Assembly: GCA_011051565.1 (NCBI GenBank)
Contig: DRKX01000005.1
Span: forward strand, 1-63,895
Direction: 5' to 3'
Source of the DNA: Nitrospirota bacterium
GTDB taxonomy: Bacteria; Nitrospirota; Thermodesulfovibrionia; Thermodesulfovibrionales; JdFR-85
Length of the DNA: 63,895 nt
Part shown: positions 1 through 10,359 of the stretch, piece after piece
Layout: the number at the start of each line of letters is the position of its first letter
Numbering within the stretch: position 1 is the stretch's first letter
The notes under the pieces: model-generated
Databases searched by the model: none
Seen by the model: only the letters and a program-made list of their open reading frames with translations
Told to the model about the DNA's origin: nothing
Translations under genes and position numbers: made by a program

Positions 1-1221
1 GCGCTGCTCAGGATGCTCAGGGCGAAGGGCCACTCTGACAGCGACTTGATCGCCTCAGGCCTCTGCAGGGAGACCGAGAGGGGCGTGACCGATACCTTCA
101 GAAACAGGATCGTCTTTCCCATATGCAACGTCCGCGGAGAGGTGATCGCCTTCGGCGGACGAACCATCGCCGACGGTGCCTACGGGCCCAAGTACCTGAA
201 CTCTCCAGAGACCATGCTCTTCAAGAAGTCTTCCGAACTCTTCGGCCTCAACCTGGCCGGAGCCGAGATGCGCAGGCGCGGGTATGCGATCATTATGGAG
301 GGGTATCTCGATGTCATCACCGCCCACCAGTATGGGATAAGGAATTCCGTGGCCCCCCTTGGAACTGCACTCACCAGGGCCCAGGCCGAGAGACTGAAGC
401 CCCTGACAAAGAAGGTCCTGCTCGTGTTCGACTCCGACGAGGCCGGCATCAAGGCCTCGGAGAGGTCGCTGTCGCTGCTTTACGAGGCCGGTTTCGTGGC
501 AAAGGTGCTGCTGCTGCCGCCCGGAGACGATCCTGACACGTTCTTGAGGAAGCACGGCCGCGACGCCTTCCGGCGGAAGTTCACGGAGGTCTTGGGACTC
601 GTCGACTTCTTTCTCGGGCTTCCAGGCGAGAGGGTTGACATTGTCAGGTCTCTAATACTTATAATTTCTAAGGTGACCGATGGTATAGTGAGGAGCGACC
701 TGACGAGGGAGGTTTCGGAGAAGACCGGTCTATCGGAACAGTTCCTGAGGGAGGAACTCAACCTGCTGAGAAAGACGCCGGCCCATGTGCGTGACGCAGG
801 AAGCACCTCTCAGCCTATGTCCGCCGAGAGGTTTCTCCTCGGCGTATACCTCTCTTATCCGGAGCATGTCGACCTTATAAGGGAGAGCATCTCTCCGGCC
901 GAGATCGAAGATGAAGAGGTGAGGGCCGTATTCGAGAAACTCTATTCCTTACCCGGTTTGCCGCTCGATGACATCTCTCCGAGGCTCGACGAGCACGAGC
1001 TTTCGGTCGCCACGGGCGCAGCCGTGAGTCTCGACATCGACGGTGACGAGGTTGAAAGGAACATAAAGGACTGCATAAGGACCATCAGGGAGAAGAGACT
1101 GCGCAAGAGGCTGAGGGACCTGGAGCTCGAGATCAGGATCGCAGAGAAGAGAGGCGAGACAGACCTGGTTAATAACCTGCAGGATCAGATGAATCTCTTG
1201 ATCAAGGAGGGGGGCGGATGA
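1..1221 (+). CDS. dnaG: DNA primase DnaG, C-terminal part (5' end cut by window edge)
   Basis: Frame 1 is open from base 1. TOPRIM-type motifs [13 protein letters not shown] and [16 protein letters not shown]. Stop overlaps the rpoD start (ATGA). Classic dnaG-rpoD order. Confidence 0.9.
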   Translation, partial: ALLRMLRAKGHSDSDLIASGLCRETERGVTDTFRNRIVFPICNVRGEVIAFGGRTIADGAYGPKYLNSPETMLFKKSSELFGLNLAGAEMRRRGYAIIMEGYLDVITAHQYGIRNSVAPLGTALTRAQAERLKPLTKKVLLVFDSDEAGIKASERSLSLLYEAGFVAKVLLLPPGDDPDTFLRKHGRDAFRRKFTEVLGLVDFFLGLPGERVDIVRSLILIISKVTDGIVRSDLTREVSEKTGLSEQFLREELNLLRKTPAHVRDAGSTSQPMSAERFLLGVYLSYPEHVDLIRESISPAEIEDEEVRAVFEKLYSLPGLPLDDISPRLDEHELSVATGAAVSLDIDGDEVERNIKDCIRTIREKRLRKRLRDLELEIRIAEKRGETDLVNNLQDQMNLLIKEGGG

Positions 1222-2777
1222 AGGAATACTTTGACTTCTATGAGGATTCCATCCATGATTTCGACGGTTCGGGGCCGAGACCAGAAGAGACGGACCTGTG
1301 CGAAGAAGAGGAAACCGAGCTCGATGTCACGGATGAGTACGATCCGTTAAGGTCTTACATGAGGGAGATGGGGGCGGTGCCTCTCCTCACGAGGGAGGGG
1401 GAGGTGGAGATCGCCAGAGAGATCGATAGGCGCAAGCAGCAGCTCACCATGGCCACGTTCTCCGTTCCCCTCATCCTGAAAAAGCTGATATCCCTCGGCG
1501 AGCTTATCGAGCGCGGGGAGGCTCCGCTCGCCGAGATAGTGCAGATAGACGGTGACGAGAGCGAGGAAGACCTGCTTTACAAGAAGAGGGAGTTCTTCAA
1601 GCATACCGAGAGGGTGAGGGAGCTCTTCAACGAGAGGATGAAGCTCCTGGGGGAACTGGACAAGGATGGCCGCAGAAAGAAGGAAGGCGCGGATAGGATC
1701 ATTCGGGAATTGAAGAACAACAGGAAGGCGGTCTACGACGAGATCAAGGAACTCAACCTCAAGGAATGCGCCGTCAACACCTTTGCAGACGAATTGAGGC
1801 GGCTGAGCGACATTCTGACCGAAAAACACCGGGAGCTGATGCTCATCAAGAGGAGGCTCAGGAAGAGGAACGTCGTAATCCCGAAAGACGAGGAGGTCGG
1901 CGGTTACCCGGAGAGGATTCAAGACCTGCTCAGGGAGTATTTCCGGAAGCTGAACGATATCACGTCGATGGAGAAAGAGATAGGGATGGAGAACACCGAA
2001 CTCAGGCATGTGCTCAGGGCCATACAGAGGGCCGACAAGACCATACACGAGGTCAAGTCGAGGCTCGTTGAGGCAAACCTGAGGCTCGTAATCAGCATAG
2101 CCAAGAGGTACATAGGCAAGGGCCTCAGCTTCTCCGACCTCATACAGGAAGGCAACATAGGGTTGATGAGGGCGGTGGACAAGTTCGAATACAAGCGGGG
2201 CTACAAGTTCAGCACTTATGCAACGTGGTGGATCAGGCAGGCCATCACGAGGGCTATCGCCGATCAGTCGCGTACGATAAGGATCCCCGTGCACATGATA
2301 GAGACGATCAACAAGGTGACGAGGGCGTCGAGGGAACTCGTGCAGGAGTTCGGCCGGGAGCCCACGGAGGAGGAGATCGCACGCAAGATCGAGATGCCCG
2401 AGGCGAGGGTGAAGGAGATACTGAAGATCGCCAAGGAGCCCATTTCGCTCGAATCCCCCGTCGGTGACGACGAGGACGGCCAGCTCAGGGACTTCATAGA
2501 GGATACCCTGATGTCGTCTCCGCTCGACGAGGCCATTCACGGAGACCTCCGGAGAAACATCGAGAAGGTGCTCATGAGCCTGAACCCGAAAGAGGCCGAG
2601 GTCATAAGGAAGCGCTACGGCCTCGAGGGGGCCAACTTCCCGCACACGCTCGAGCAGGTCGGCAAGGCGATGGAGGTGACACGCGAAAGGGTGAGGCAGA
2701 TCGAGGTGAAGGCCATCAGGAAGTTGAAACATCCCTCAAGGAGCCGGTGGCTCAAGTCCTTCATGGAGAGAGCTTGA
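1218..2777 (+). CDS. rpoD: RNA polymerase sigma factor RpoD (sigma-70)
   Basis: 519 aa. Region 2 [54 protein letters not shown]. Region 4.2 [25 protein letters not shown]. Confidence 0.95.
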   Translation: MKEYFDFYEDSIHDFDGSGPRPEETDLCEEEETELDVTDEYDPLRSYMREMGAVPLLTREGEVEIAREIDRRKQQLTMATFSVPLILKKLISLGELIERGEAPLAEIVQIDGDESEEDLLYKKREFFKHTERVRELFNERMKLLGELDKDGRRKKEGADRIIRELKNNRKAVYDEIKELNLKECAVNTFADELRRLSDILTEKHRELMLIKRRLRKRNVVIPKDEEVGGYPERIQDLLREYFRKLNDITSMEKEIGMENTELRHVLRAIQRADKTIHEVKSRLVEANLRLVISIAKRYIGKGLSFSDLIQEGNIGLMRAVDKFEYKRGYKFSTYATWWIRQAITRAIADQSRTIRIPVHMIETINKVTRASRELVQEFGREPTEEEIARKIEMPEARVKEILKIAKEPISLESPVGDDEDGQLRDFIEDTLMSSPLDEAIHGDLRRNIEKVLMSLNPKEAEVIRKRYGLEGANFPHTLEQVGKAMEVTRERVRQIEVKAIRKLKHPSRSRWLKSFMERA

Positions 2778-2819
2778 CCTCGGCACCAAAAGAAATCTAT
2801 AATAAAGGCCGACTTCAGA

Positions 2820-2895
2820 GGGCCCATAGCTCAGCTGGAAGAGCCACCGGCTCATAACCGGTTGGTCCCAGGTTCGAGTCCTGGTGGGCCCACCA
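2820..2895 (+). tRNA. tRNA-Met (anticodon CAT); elongator type, could be lysidine-modified tRNA-Ile2
   Basis: 76 nt cloverleaf folded by hand. Acceptor GGGCCCA/TGGGCCC, anticodon loop CTCATAA with C34 A35 T36, T-loop GGTTCGAGTCC, encoded CCA. Not an initiator: 1:72 is paired. Confidence 0.9.
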
Positions 2896-2985
2896 CTTTA
2901 CACATGAAGACCGCCATGGGCAGGCCGTGACGGCGCCTGGGCGGGATTGTGTCTCGAATAAACGATCGGTTCAGAACCGAGCAGA

Positions 2986-3735
2986 TTGGAGAGAATGAAA
3001 GAGGAACTCAAGCTTCTCGTTGCCCTTCAGGAGATAGACTCCGCAATCCTCCACAAGAGCCGTGAACTGGAGAAGGCACCGGAAGAGATCAGACGCTACC
3101 AGGGACCGCTGAGCGAGTCGGAAGAGGCTTATAGGCGTGAGAAGGAAAAGTACGATGCCGTCGAGAGGAAGAAGAAGGCGAAGGAACTCGAGGTGAAGGA
3201 GGCCGACGACAGGATCGGCAAGCTCAGGTCGAGGATGTCCGATATAAAGACCAACAAGGAGTACCAGGCCCTCCTGAAAGAGATAGAGGCGATCGAGCAG
3301 GAGAAATCCCGCATCGAGGACGACATACTCTACATGATGGAAGAACTCGACGAACTGGCGGGAGGGCTGCGGGAGGCCGAGGGTCGCATAGAACAGGAGA
3401 AGAAGAGACTCGAGTCGCTGCAGCGGGACCTGGACGAAAAGACGGGACTGATCGAGAAGGAACTCGCCGAGCTGAAAGGGCGCAGAGAGGCGGTGGCTTC
3501 CCGGATTCCTTCCGGCGTCTACGCCAAGTACATGGACGTCTTCCGCAAATCCAGCGGACTCGCCGTTGTCGAGGCGAGGGACGAGGTCTGTCTCGGCTGC
3601 TACATGAGCATTCCGCCGCAGGTTTATGTTGAGATAAGGACTTCCGACGAGATTCTTCAATGTCCCCACTGCGGCAGGTTCCTCTACCGCCGCGATGCAC
3701 TGTCTGAAGAGCGGAAGGGTCGCGACAGAGATTGA
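2986..3735 (+). CDS. Coiled-coil protein with C-terminal C4 zinc ribbon (COG1579/DUF164-like)
   Basis: 249 aa. Long Glu/Lys-rich coiled coil, then CLGCYMSIPPQ...CPHCGRFLY. Start is TTG 2986 or ATG 2995. Confidence 0.7.
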   Translation: MERMKEELKLLVALQEIDSAILHKSRELEKAPEEIRRYQGPLSESEEAYRREKEKYDAVERKKKAKELEVKEADDRIGKLRSRMSDIKTNKEYQALLKEIEAIEQEKSRIEDDILYMMEELDELAGGLREAEGRIEQEKKRLESLQRDLDEKTGLIEKELAELKGRREAVASRIPSGVYAKYMDVFRKSSGLAVVEARDEVCLGCYMSIPPQVYVEIRTSDEILQCPHCGRFLYRRDALSEERKGRDRD

Positions 3736-4160
3736 GGTCAAGGAAGAGGCGAGACAGGGAAGCGATGATATTTGCCGACGGTGCCTCGAGCGGCAACCCC
3801 GGTCCGGCCGGTATAGGGGTCGTGGTAGTCGTTGACGGCAGGAAGATCACCATCTCCGAGCCGATAGGCCGGGCCACGAACAACGTGGCGGAGTACACGG
3901 CACTGTTGAGGGGCCTCGAGACCGCAGCCGAGCACGATGCATCGAGGGTGAGGGTGTGCTTAGACTCCGAACTGATCGTCAGGCAGTTGAACGGGCAGTA
4001 CAAGGTGCGTAACAGGGGGCTCCTGCCTTTGTACAGGAGGGTGACGGCCCTCCTCGGCGGGTTCGAAGGTTACACGGTCACGCATATACCGCGTTCGGAG
4101 AACAGCGAGGCAGACTCTCTGGCAAAGAAGGCCGTTCGGAAGAACCCCGGGACCCCATGA
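3732..4160 (+). CDS. rnhA: Ribonuclease HI family protein
   Basis: Catalytic-residue contexts ADGASSGNPGPAGIG, NNVAEYTALL, LDSELIV, NSEADSLAK. TTG 3732 overlaps the upstream stop (TTGA); alternative start ATG 3765. Confidence 0.78.
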   Translation: MRSRKRRDREAMIFADGASSGNPGPAGIGVVVVVDGRKITISEPIGRATNNVAEYTALLRGLETAAEHDASRVRVCLDSELIVRQLNGQYKVRNRGLLPLYRRVTALLGGFEGYTVTHIPRSENSEADSLAKKAVRKNPGTP

Positions 4161-4166
4161 ATATAC

Positions 4167-4572
4167 GGGTGCAGGGCAGGTGAGATGGTCGCTCCGTGAG
4201 CCCTGGGCTTGCGGAGAGGAAAGTCCGGGCTCCGAAGGGCAAGGACAGTGGCTAACCGCCACCGTTCCGTCATGAGTCCGGCTCTGCCGGCTGATGGCGG
4301 TGCAGGGAAAGTGCCGCAGAAAATATACCGCCTGCGCCGGGAACCTCCTGGCGCAGGTAAGGGTGAAAAGGCGGGGTAAGAGCCCACCGCTGCAGGGGCG
4401 ACCCTGCAGGCATGGTAAACCCTGTCCGGAGCAAGGCCATGTAGGTTCCGCCATGAGGGTGGCCCGCCCGAGCGTGCGGAACGGGTAGGCTGCAAGAGCC
4501 TGATGAGTAATCTCAGGCCTCAGATGAATGACCATCACATACAGAACCCGGCTTATTGCCTGCCCTGCACCC
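4167..4572 (+). ncRNA. rnpB: RNase P RNA, bacterial type A
   Basis: Conserved GAGGAAAGTCCGGGC at 4216-4230 and ACAGAACCCGGCTTA at 4541-4555. The terminal P1 stem GGGTGCAGGGCAGG (4167-4180) pairs with CCTGCCCTGCACCC (4559-4572). Internal GGTAAGGGTGAAAAGGCGGGGTAAGAGCCCACC resembles the E. coli M1 RNA core. Confidence 0.9.
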
Positions 4573-4704
4573 ATTCTCGACAGGCCAGGCCGGCCTCGAT
4601 CTCTGACACATCCGGCCTGCTCCTCCTTCCGGCACCACCCGCCCGCTCGTCCGCGATGAAGGCTTGCAGTTTTTTCGGACTCGATCGGCTATAATAAGAA
4701 CATT

Positions 4705-6006
4705 ATGAAAGCGGCAAAGACAGCCGTACTGTTCCTCTTGCTGTTTCTCCCATCGCCTGTACTGCTCTTCTCTGCGGAAGAGGGGGCGGCGGGCCGGGTC
4801 ATGGTCATCACCGTCCAGGGGGTCATAAATCCCGTATCCGCGGAGTTCATGGAGAAGAGCATGGACGAGGCGAGCCGGGCGGGGATGGAGGCCCTCGTGA
4901 TCGAGCTGGACACACCCGGCGGCCTCGATGCCTCGATGCGCTCCATCGTAAAGGCCATAAACCTCAGCGAGGTGCCGGTGGTCGTCTACGTGGCGCCCTC
5001 GGGCGCGAGGGCCGCCTCTGCGGGCGTCTTCATCACGATGGCGGCACATGTCGCCGCAATGGCGCCCGGCACCAACATCGGGGCCGCCCACCCTGTAAGC
5101 ATCGGCGGAAAGATGGACGAGACGATGAAGGAGAAGGCGACGAATGACGCCGTGGCATACCTCAAGTCCATCGCCGAGAGGCGCGGCAGGAATGCCGCAT
5201 GGGCGGAGGACGCCGTGAGGAAGAGCGTCTCGGTGACCGCCGATAAGGCCCTCGAGCTCGGCGTGATAGACGTGGTGAGCAGGGACCTCGACGCACTGCT
5301 TGAAGGCATTGACGGCATGAAGGTGAAGACCACCCGCGGAGAGGTCGAACTCCACACCAGAGGGGCTGAGGTAACGAGGAACCCGATGGGGCTCCGGCTC
5401 AGGATACTTGCAGCCATCAGCAACCCGAACGTCGCATACATACTGATGCTGCTCGGCTTCTACGGCCTCTTCTTCGAGTTCACGAATCCCGGGGCCATAT
5501 TCCCGGGGGTTGTGGGCGGGATATGCCTCATACTCGCCTTCTACGCCTTCCAGACCCTGCCCGTCAACTATGCCGGACTCCTCCTGATAATACTCGCCGT
5601 CATCCTCTTCGTCCTCGAGGTGAAGATAGCATCCGGAGGGGTGCTGACCATCGGCGGTATAATTGCAATGCTCATCGGCTCCATCATGCTCTTCGAGAGC
5701 CCTGCGCCCTTCATCAGGCTCTCCCTGTACCTCGTGGTGCCCGCCGTGCTCGTGACGGCCCTCTTCTTCTCCGTAACCCTCGGCCTTGCGGTGAAGGCGT
5801 GGAGGAGAAAGCCCGTGACAGGGATCGAGGGGCTTGTCGGGCTCGAGGGGATCGCCCATAGCGACATACATGACGACGGCTTGGTGCTCGTCCATGGTGA
5901 GTACTGGAGTGCTTACAGTGACGAGCCGATCGAAAAGGGAGAGAAGGTGGTAGTCGAGTCTGTTTCCGGACTCAGAATAAAAGTAAAGAGGGAGGGACGG
6001 AAATGA
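4705..6006 (+). CDS. NfeD-family membrane-bound ClpP-class serine protease
   Basis: 433 aa. Signal peptide, ClpP-like N-domain ([36 protein letters not shown]), multi-TM middle, C-terminal OB-like domain. ATGA overlap with the following SPFH gene. Confidence 0.85.
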   Translation: MKAAKTAVLFLLLFLPSPVLLFSAEEGAAGRVMVITVQGVINPVSAEFMEKSMDEASRAGMEALVIELDTPGGLDASMRSIVKAINLSEVPVVVYVAPSGARAASAGVFITMAAHVAAMAPGTNIGAAHPVSIGGKMDETMKEKATNDAVAYLKSIAERRGRNAAWAEDAVRKSVSVTADKALELGVIDVVSRDLDALLEGIDGMKVKTTRGEVELHTRGAEVTRNPMGLRLRILAAISNPNVAYILMLLGFYGLFFEFTNPGAIFPGVVGGICLILAFYAFQTLPVNYAGLLLIILAVILFVLEVKIASGGVLTIGGIIAMLIGSIMLFESPAPFIRLSLYLVVPAVLVTALFFSVTLGLAVKAWRRKPVTGIEGLVGLEGIAHSDIHDDGLVLVHGEYWSAYSDEPIEKGEKVVVESVSGLRIKVKREGRK

Positions 6007-6767
6007 TTTTTCCACCGCAGTTCTTGAGCCTTGTCTTTGCAGTGGTCGTGATCCTTTACTTCCTTGCGAGCGCCATCAAGATACTCAAGGAGTACGAGAG
6101 GGGCGTGGTCTTCAGGCTTGGACGCGTCATACCGGTGAAAGGGCCGGGCCTTGTTATAATATGGCCGGTGATCGACAAGCTCGTCAGGGTCAGCCTGAGG
6201 ACCATAACGATGGACGTGCCTTCGCAGGACATCATAACTAAGGACAATGTAACCGTGAAGGTCAATGCAGTGGTCTACTTCAGGGTGATGGACCCGATCA
6301 AGGCTGTGACCGCAATCGAGGACTTCTACTTCGGGACGAGCCAGATAGCCCAGACGACGCTCAGGAGCGTACTCGGCCAGAGCCAGCTCGATGAGCTGCT
6401 CTCCAAGAGGGACGAGATCAACGCCGAACTCCAGCGCATAATAGACTTCCAGACAGAGCCCTGGGGGGTGAAGGTGACGGCCGTCGAGGTGAAGAACGTC
6501 GACCTGCCGGTCGAGATGCAGAGGGCCATTGCAAGGCAGGCCGAGGCCGAAAGGGAGCGGAGAGCGAAGGTTATCCATGCGGAGGGTGAACTCCAGGCCG
6601 CTCAGAAGCTTGCAGACGCCGCCAAGATCATCGCCACGCAGCCGGCGACGCTCCAGCTGAGGTTTCTCCAGACCCTGACAGAGATCGCCTCGGAGAAGAA
6701 CTCAACGGTCATATTCCCGGTGCCGATAGATCTCTTGAGGCCTTTCATCGAAAAGAGGGGCTTGTAA
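6003..6767 (+). CDS. SPFH/band-7 (stomatin/prohibitin-like) protein
   Basis: 254 aa. N-terminal TM, then [13 protein letters not shown]...[17 protein letters not shown]...[15 protein letters not shown], typical of stomatin-like proteins. Confidence 0.9.
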   Translation: MIFPPQFLSLVFAVVVILYFLASAIKILKEYERGVVFRLGRVIPVKGPGLVIIWPVIDKLVRVSLRTITMDVPSQDIITKDNVTVKVNAVVYFRVMDPIKAVTAIEDFYFGTSQIAQTTLRSVLGQSQLDELLSKRDEINAELQRIIDFQTEPWGVKVTAVEVKNVDLPVEMQRAIARQAEAERERRAKVIHAEGELQAAQKLADAAKIIATQPATLQLRFLQTLTEIASEKNSTVIFPVPIDLLRPFIEKRGL

Positions 6768-6791
6768 CCGGCCGTCCGGGTGCTGGAAGGG

Positions 6792-7772
6792 TTACCACTT
6801 TATGAGTGCCGAGGCCCACGTCAATCCACCGCCGAATGCCTCGAGGATGATGTAGTCTCCCTTTCTCACCCTTCCAGACCTGACCGCCTCGTCGAGGGCG
6901 ATGGGGATGGATGCGGCCGAGGTGTTGCCGTAGCGGTCGAGGTTGATCATCACCCTGTCGAGCCCGAGCCCGAGCCTCTTTGCCGTAGCACTTATGATCC
7001 GGTGGTTCGCCTGGTGAGGGATCAGCAGGGCTATGTCTTCGGGCTCGAGCCTGTGCTCCTTGAGGGTGCTCAGCACCAGTTTTTCCAGGGTCCGCACCGC
7101 CACCTTGAAGGTCTCGTTCCCCCGCATCTTCATGTAGTGGAGCCTCTTCTTCACGGTCTCTTCGGTTGCAGGCATCCGTGAGCCGCCCGCCGGAATGTGG
7201 AGCAGGTCCCACATGGAGCCGTCGGCATTGAGCTTGACGGAGAGTATGCCCCGGTCGCCCTTGTCGGCCTCGAGCACAGCAGCCCCGGCACCGTCGCCCA
7301 GCAGGACGCACGTGCTCCTGTCGGTCCAGTCGGTGATGCGCGAAAGCACCTCGGCGCCGACTACGAGGACCCGCTCGTGCGTGCCGGCCCGGATGAAAGC
7401 GTCGGCTGCAGAGAGTGCATAGATGAAGCCCGAGCATGCAGCGTTTACGTCGAAGGCGGCCGCCTTCTTTGCGCCCAGCTTGTGCTGCAGGATGCAGGCG
7501 GTGGACGGCAGCGGCATGTCCCCGCTGACGGTGGCGACTATTATCAGGTCCAGCTTTCTGGCCTTCAGTCCGGCGGACTTGAGGGCTTCATGTGCCGCCA
7601 TCAGAGCAAGGTCGGATGCGGCCTCCCCCTCTTCGGCGATCCGCCTCTCGCGTATGCCTGTCCTCTCCCTGATCCACTCGTCAGAGGTATCGACCATCTT
7701 CTCGATGTCGAAGTTCGTCAGGACCTTCTTGGGCACATAAAGACCGGTTCCCGTTATCCTCGCCTTTAACAA
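6792..7772 (-). CDS. fabH: 3-oxoacyl-ACP synthase III
   Basis: 326 aa. ITGTGLYVPKKVLTNFDIEKMVDTSDEWIRERTGIRERR, NAACSGFIYAL, FGGGLTWASALIKW. Confidence 0.93.
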   Translation of the reverse strand: MLKARITGTGLYVPKKVLTNFDIEKMVDTSDEWIRERTGIRERRIAEEGEAASDLALMAAHEALKSAGLKARKLDLIIVATVSGDMPLPSTACILQHKLGAKKAAAFDVNAACSGFIYALSAADAFIRAGTHERVLVVGAEVLSRITDWTDRSTCVLLGDGAGAAVLEADKGDRGILSVKLNADGSMWDLLHIPAGGSRMPATEETVKKRLHYMKMRGNETFKVAVRTLEKLVLSTLKEHRLEPEDIALLIPHQANHRIISATAKRLGLGLDRVMINLDRYGNTSAASIPIALDEAVRSGRVRKGDYIILEAFGGGLTWASALIKW

Positions 7773-7836
7773 CGCGCGACTCCTCCAAGAGTGATTCCTT
7801 CGTCTTCACAGCATTGAACCGGCATCCCGACAGAAC

Positions 7837-8865
7837 CTACGCAGAGGCCTTGGCAGCCGGCCTGGAAGGCTTCCTTTTGTTTTTGAGCTCTGTGGATATT
7901 ATCTCGTCCACCCTGATGCGTGCCGACAGGTTCGCCGTCTTCAGGGCATTCTTTATGGCCTTTGACGAAGAGCGGCCGTGGCTTATTATGCACGTGCCCC
8001 TGATACCGAGCAGGGGAGCCCCGCCGTACTCGGCATAGTCGGTCTTCTTCTTGAAGTTCTTCAGCGCCGGTTTCATGAACAGGTAGGCGAGCCGTCCGGT
8101 GGCGATGTCGGCGATCTCCTGTTTCAACATCCGCATGATCGTCTCAGCCAGGCCTTCGCTCACCTTGAGTACCACGTTTCCGATGAACCCGTCGCATACG
8201 ACGACATCCACGCTGCCGCTGAATATGTCCTTGCCCTCAATGTTCCCTACGAAGTTGAGACCCGTACCTTTTATGAGCCTGAAGGCCTCCTTGGTCAGCT
8301 CGTTCCCCTTGGTGTCCTCCTCGCCGATGCTCAGCAGCGCGACCCGCGGTCTCTCCACGCCGAGGACGTTCCTGCAGTATGCATTGCCCATTAGTGCGAA
8401 CTGGAGCAGGTTCGATGCCTCTGAGTCGACGTTTGCCCCGGCATCGATGAGCACGAACGGTCCCTTCAGGGTGGGCATGGTGGTGGCAATGGCTGGCCGG
8501 CTCACGCCCTCGGATGTGCCGAGCAGCAGGAGGGCGAAGGCCATCACTGCTCCTGAATGCCCGGCGCTCACAAAGGCATGGGCCTCTCCCTTCTTGACGA
8601 GCTCGATCCCCTGCCTTATGGAGGAGTCCTTCTTGCGCCTGACGGCCACGGATATCGGTTCGTCCATGGCAATGACCTCTGAGGCGTGCCTGACGGATAT
8701 CCTCTCGGGCGGGTAGCGTTTGTGCCTGAGCTCTTCGGTGATCAGGTCTTCACGGCCGATGAGAACGACCTCGATGTCCTCGGTGTCGTTGACTGTCTCG
8801 ACCGCCCCTTCCACCGTCACGCGGGGTGCATAGTCCCCTCCCATGGCATCAAGAACGATCTTCAT
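7837..8865 (-). CDS. plsX: Phosphate acyltransferase PlsX
   Basis: 342 aa. MKIVLDAMGGDYAP..., SAGHSGAVMA, GAPLLGIRGTCIISHGRSS. Overlaps the rpmF stop. Confidence 0.93.
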   Translation of the reverse strand: MKIVLDAMGGDYAPRVTVEGAVETVNDTEDIEVVLIGREDLITEELRHKRYPPERISVRHASEVIAMDEPISVAVRRKKDSSIRQGIELVKKGEAHAFVSAGHSGAVMAFALLLLGTSEGVSRPAIATTMPTLKGPFVLIDAGANVDSEASNLLQFALMGNAYCRNVLGVERPRVALLSIGEEDTKGNELTKEAFRLIKGTGLNFVGNIEGKDIFSGSVDVVVCDGFIGNVVLKVSEGLAETIMRMLKQEIADIATGRLAYLFMKPALKNFKKKTDYAEYGGAPLLGIRGTCIISHGRSSSKAIKNALKTANLSARIRVDEIISTELKNKRKPSRPAAKASA

Positions 8866-9053
8866 ATTTCAGTCTTTTCGATAACCTCTATGACTTTTCT
8901 GTCATTGTACATGCCGCAACTCGTGCATGCCCGGTGCGGCAGTTTGAATTCCCCGCACTCCGGACACTTGATGAGCGAGGGTATCCTTCCTTTCCAGTTC
9001 GCCCTCCTCCTGTCCCTGCGGCACCTCGTGTGCCTCGACTTGGGATTCGCCAT
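8862..9053 (-). CDS. rpmF: 50S ribosomal protein L32
   Basis: 63 aa. MANPKSRHTRCRRDRRRANWK plus zinc ribbon CPECGEFKLPHRACTSCG. Confidence 0.9.
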   Translation of the reverse strand: MANPKSRHTRCRRDRRRANWKGRIPSLIKCPECGEFKLPHRACTSCGMYNDRKVIEVIEKTEI

Positions 9054-9068
9054 CTTGAAAGCTCCTTT

Positions 9069-9575
9069 CTATTTGGATAGGAGTCTCTTCAACTCCTTCA
9101 GCCTCGGGTCGACGGTTTCATGCCTGCACTCACACCTCTGCAGGTTCAAGTCGGCTCCGCACTCGGGACACAGCCCCTTGCACGCCTCGTCACAGAGCGC
9201 CTTCATGGGCAGGCTCAGTATGAGCTGCTCCCTGACGACCTGGGAGATGTCGATCTCGTCGTTGTCGTAGAAGCCGACGTCGATCTCGTCCCTGGGGACC
9301 TCGTAGGTCTCCTCCCTCGCCACCTCCGAGGACGGATGATACTCGAGGTCGACGTTCAGCGACATGTCCCTGTGGAACCCTATCAGGCACCTGCTGCACT
9401 GAAGCGCGATCGTGCCCTCGATCTCTCCCCGTATCATGACTTCGTCGCCGCGTCTCTCTACGCGGAGATGCGCGGTCACGGGACCTTCCGATTCGAGGAG
9501 AGAGTTGCGGACGATGGTTTCAGAGAAGTCCAGGTCCAGACCCTCTTCTTCTATCTCGGATACGATTATCTTCAT
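9069..9575 (-). CDS. yceD: YceD/DUF177 family protein
   Basis: 168 aa, acidic, Cys motifs CSRCL and CKGLCPECGADLNLQRCEC. Conserved position upstream of rpmF-plsX-fabH. Confidence 0.85.
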   Translation of the reverse strand: MKIIVSEIEEEGLDLDFSETIVRNSLLESEGPVTAHLRVERRGDEVMIRGEIEGTIALQCSRCLIGFHRDMSLNVDLEYHPSSEVAREETYEVPRDEIDVGFYDNDEIDISQVVREQLILSLPMKALCDEACKGLCPECGADLNLQRCECRHETVDPRLKELKRLLSK

Positions 9576-9703
9576 GTCTCCATGTCACCTTGGTTGTTTT
9601 GCTATCCACGGATAGCTGCGCACACTATCTATATATTACCATATAAGTGCGGGGGGAATAAAAAAATTAAAGTGTTTTGATAGACTGAAAGTATACTTTT
9701 TAC

Positions 9704-9732
9704 TTGAAAATATTGTCAAGTAGTTGTAAATT
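9704..9732 (+). promoter_or_regulatory. Sigma-70-like promoter (TTGAAA-17 nt-TAAATT) ending 5 nt before the ATG at 9738
   Basis: -35 TTGAAA 9704-9709, 17-nt spacer, -10 TAAATT 9727-9732. No Shine-Dalgarno between the -10 and the ATG. Confidence 0.4.
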
Positions 9733-9737
9733 ATTAC

Positions 9738-10316
9738 ATGGCTCAGGAGAAGAAATACTGCCTCTGCTGCGGGGAGGACGTACCCTACAACACCGTCATA
9801 CGGAACGAAAGGCGGGAGATCACCTGTGCCTTCTGCGGATTCATACTTGATGCTGACAAGCTCTGGGAGGTCAGGAAGAGGCCTGCCGGTACGTATGCCC
9901 TGATTGCGGAGGACTCGAAGTTCACGAGGACCCTGCTCAGGGAGCTGATACTGAAGAAGTCGCTCTCCAGCGAGGTCATGGCCGTGACGAACGGGCTTGA
10001 GCTCGTCTCGCAGTATTCGAAGCTCCTCTCTCATGATGCCGACGTCAGGTTCGTGATAATCGACCTCAACATGCCGGTGATGGACGGCCTCACTGCTGCG
10101 AGGACCCTAAGGACGCTCGAGGAGAAGAGGAGTGGCAAAAAGGTACCCATCGTCTTTTTCTCCGCCATAAAGGCGGACAAGAACCTCAAGAAGCAGATGG
10201 AAGTCCTCGCCCCCGCCCATTACGTCAACAAGGGGGCCGACTCTGACACGAGGGAGCTCGCCAAACGGGTTGAGGGACTCCTTAAGTTCATCTCACAGCG
10301 CTATCAGGGAGCCTGA
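9738..10316 (+). CDS. Single-domain response regulator (REC) with N-terminal zinc ribbon
   Basis: 192 aa. CLCCGEDVPY...CAFCGF, then the CheY-like ALIAEDSKFTR...FVIIDLNMPVMDG...IVFFSAIK. Confidence 0.8.
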   Translation: MAQEKKYCLCCGEDVPYNTVIRNERREITCAFCGFILDADKLWEVRKRPAGTYALIAEDSKFTRTLLRELILKKSLSSEVMAVTNGLELVSQYSKLLSHDADVRFVIIDLNMPVMDGLTAARTLRTLEEKRSGKKVPIVFFSAIKADKNLKKQMEVLAPAHYVNKGADSDTRELAKRVEGLLKFISQRYQGA

Positions 10317-10359
10317 TCCCTCTGCCGGGAAGTTTCGTAAGGAACCAAGGAGATTGAAG

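Noticed and set aside
1347-2732. Very long antisense ORFs: 1347-2732, 4513-6015, 10613-11722, 18315-19514, 24559-25905, 26153-27316, 32441-33496, 52129-53364, 54576-55718, 59044-60210.
   Set aside because: Each lies opposite a gene with unmistakable family motifs. Their translations are Arg/Pro/Gly/His-rich low-complexity strings with no RBS. Stop-poor antisense frames are expected with this GC and codon bias.
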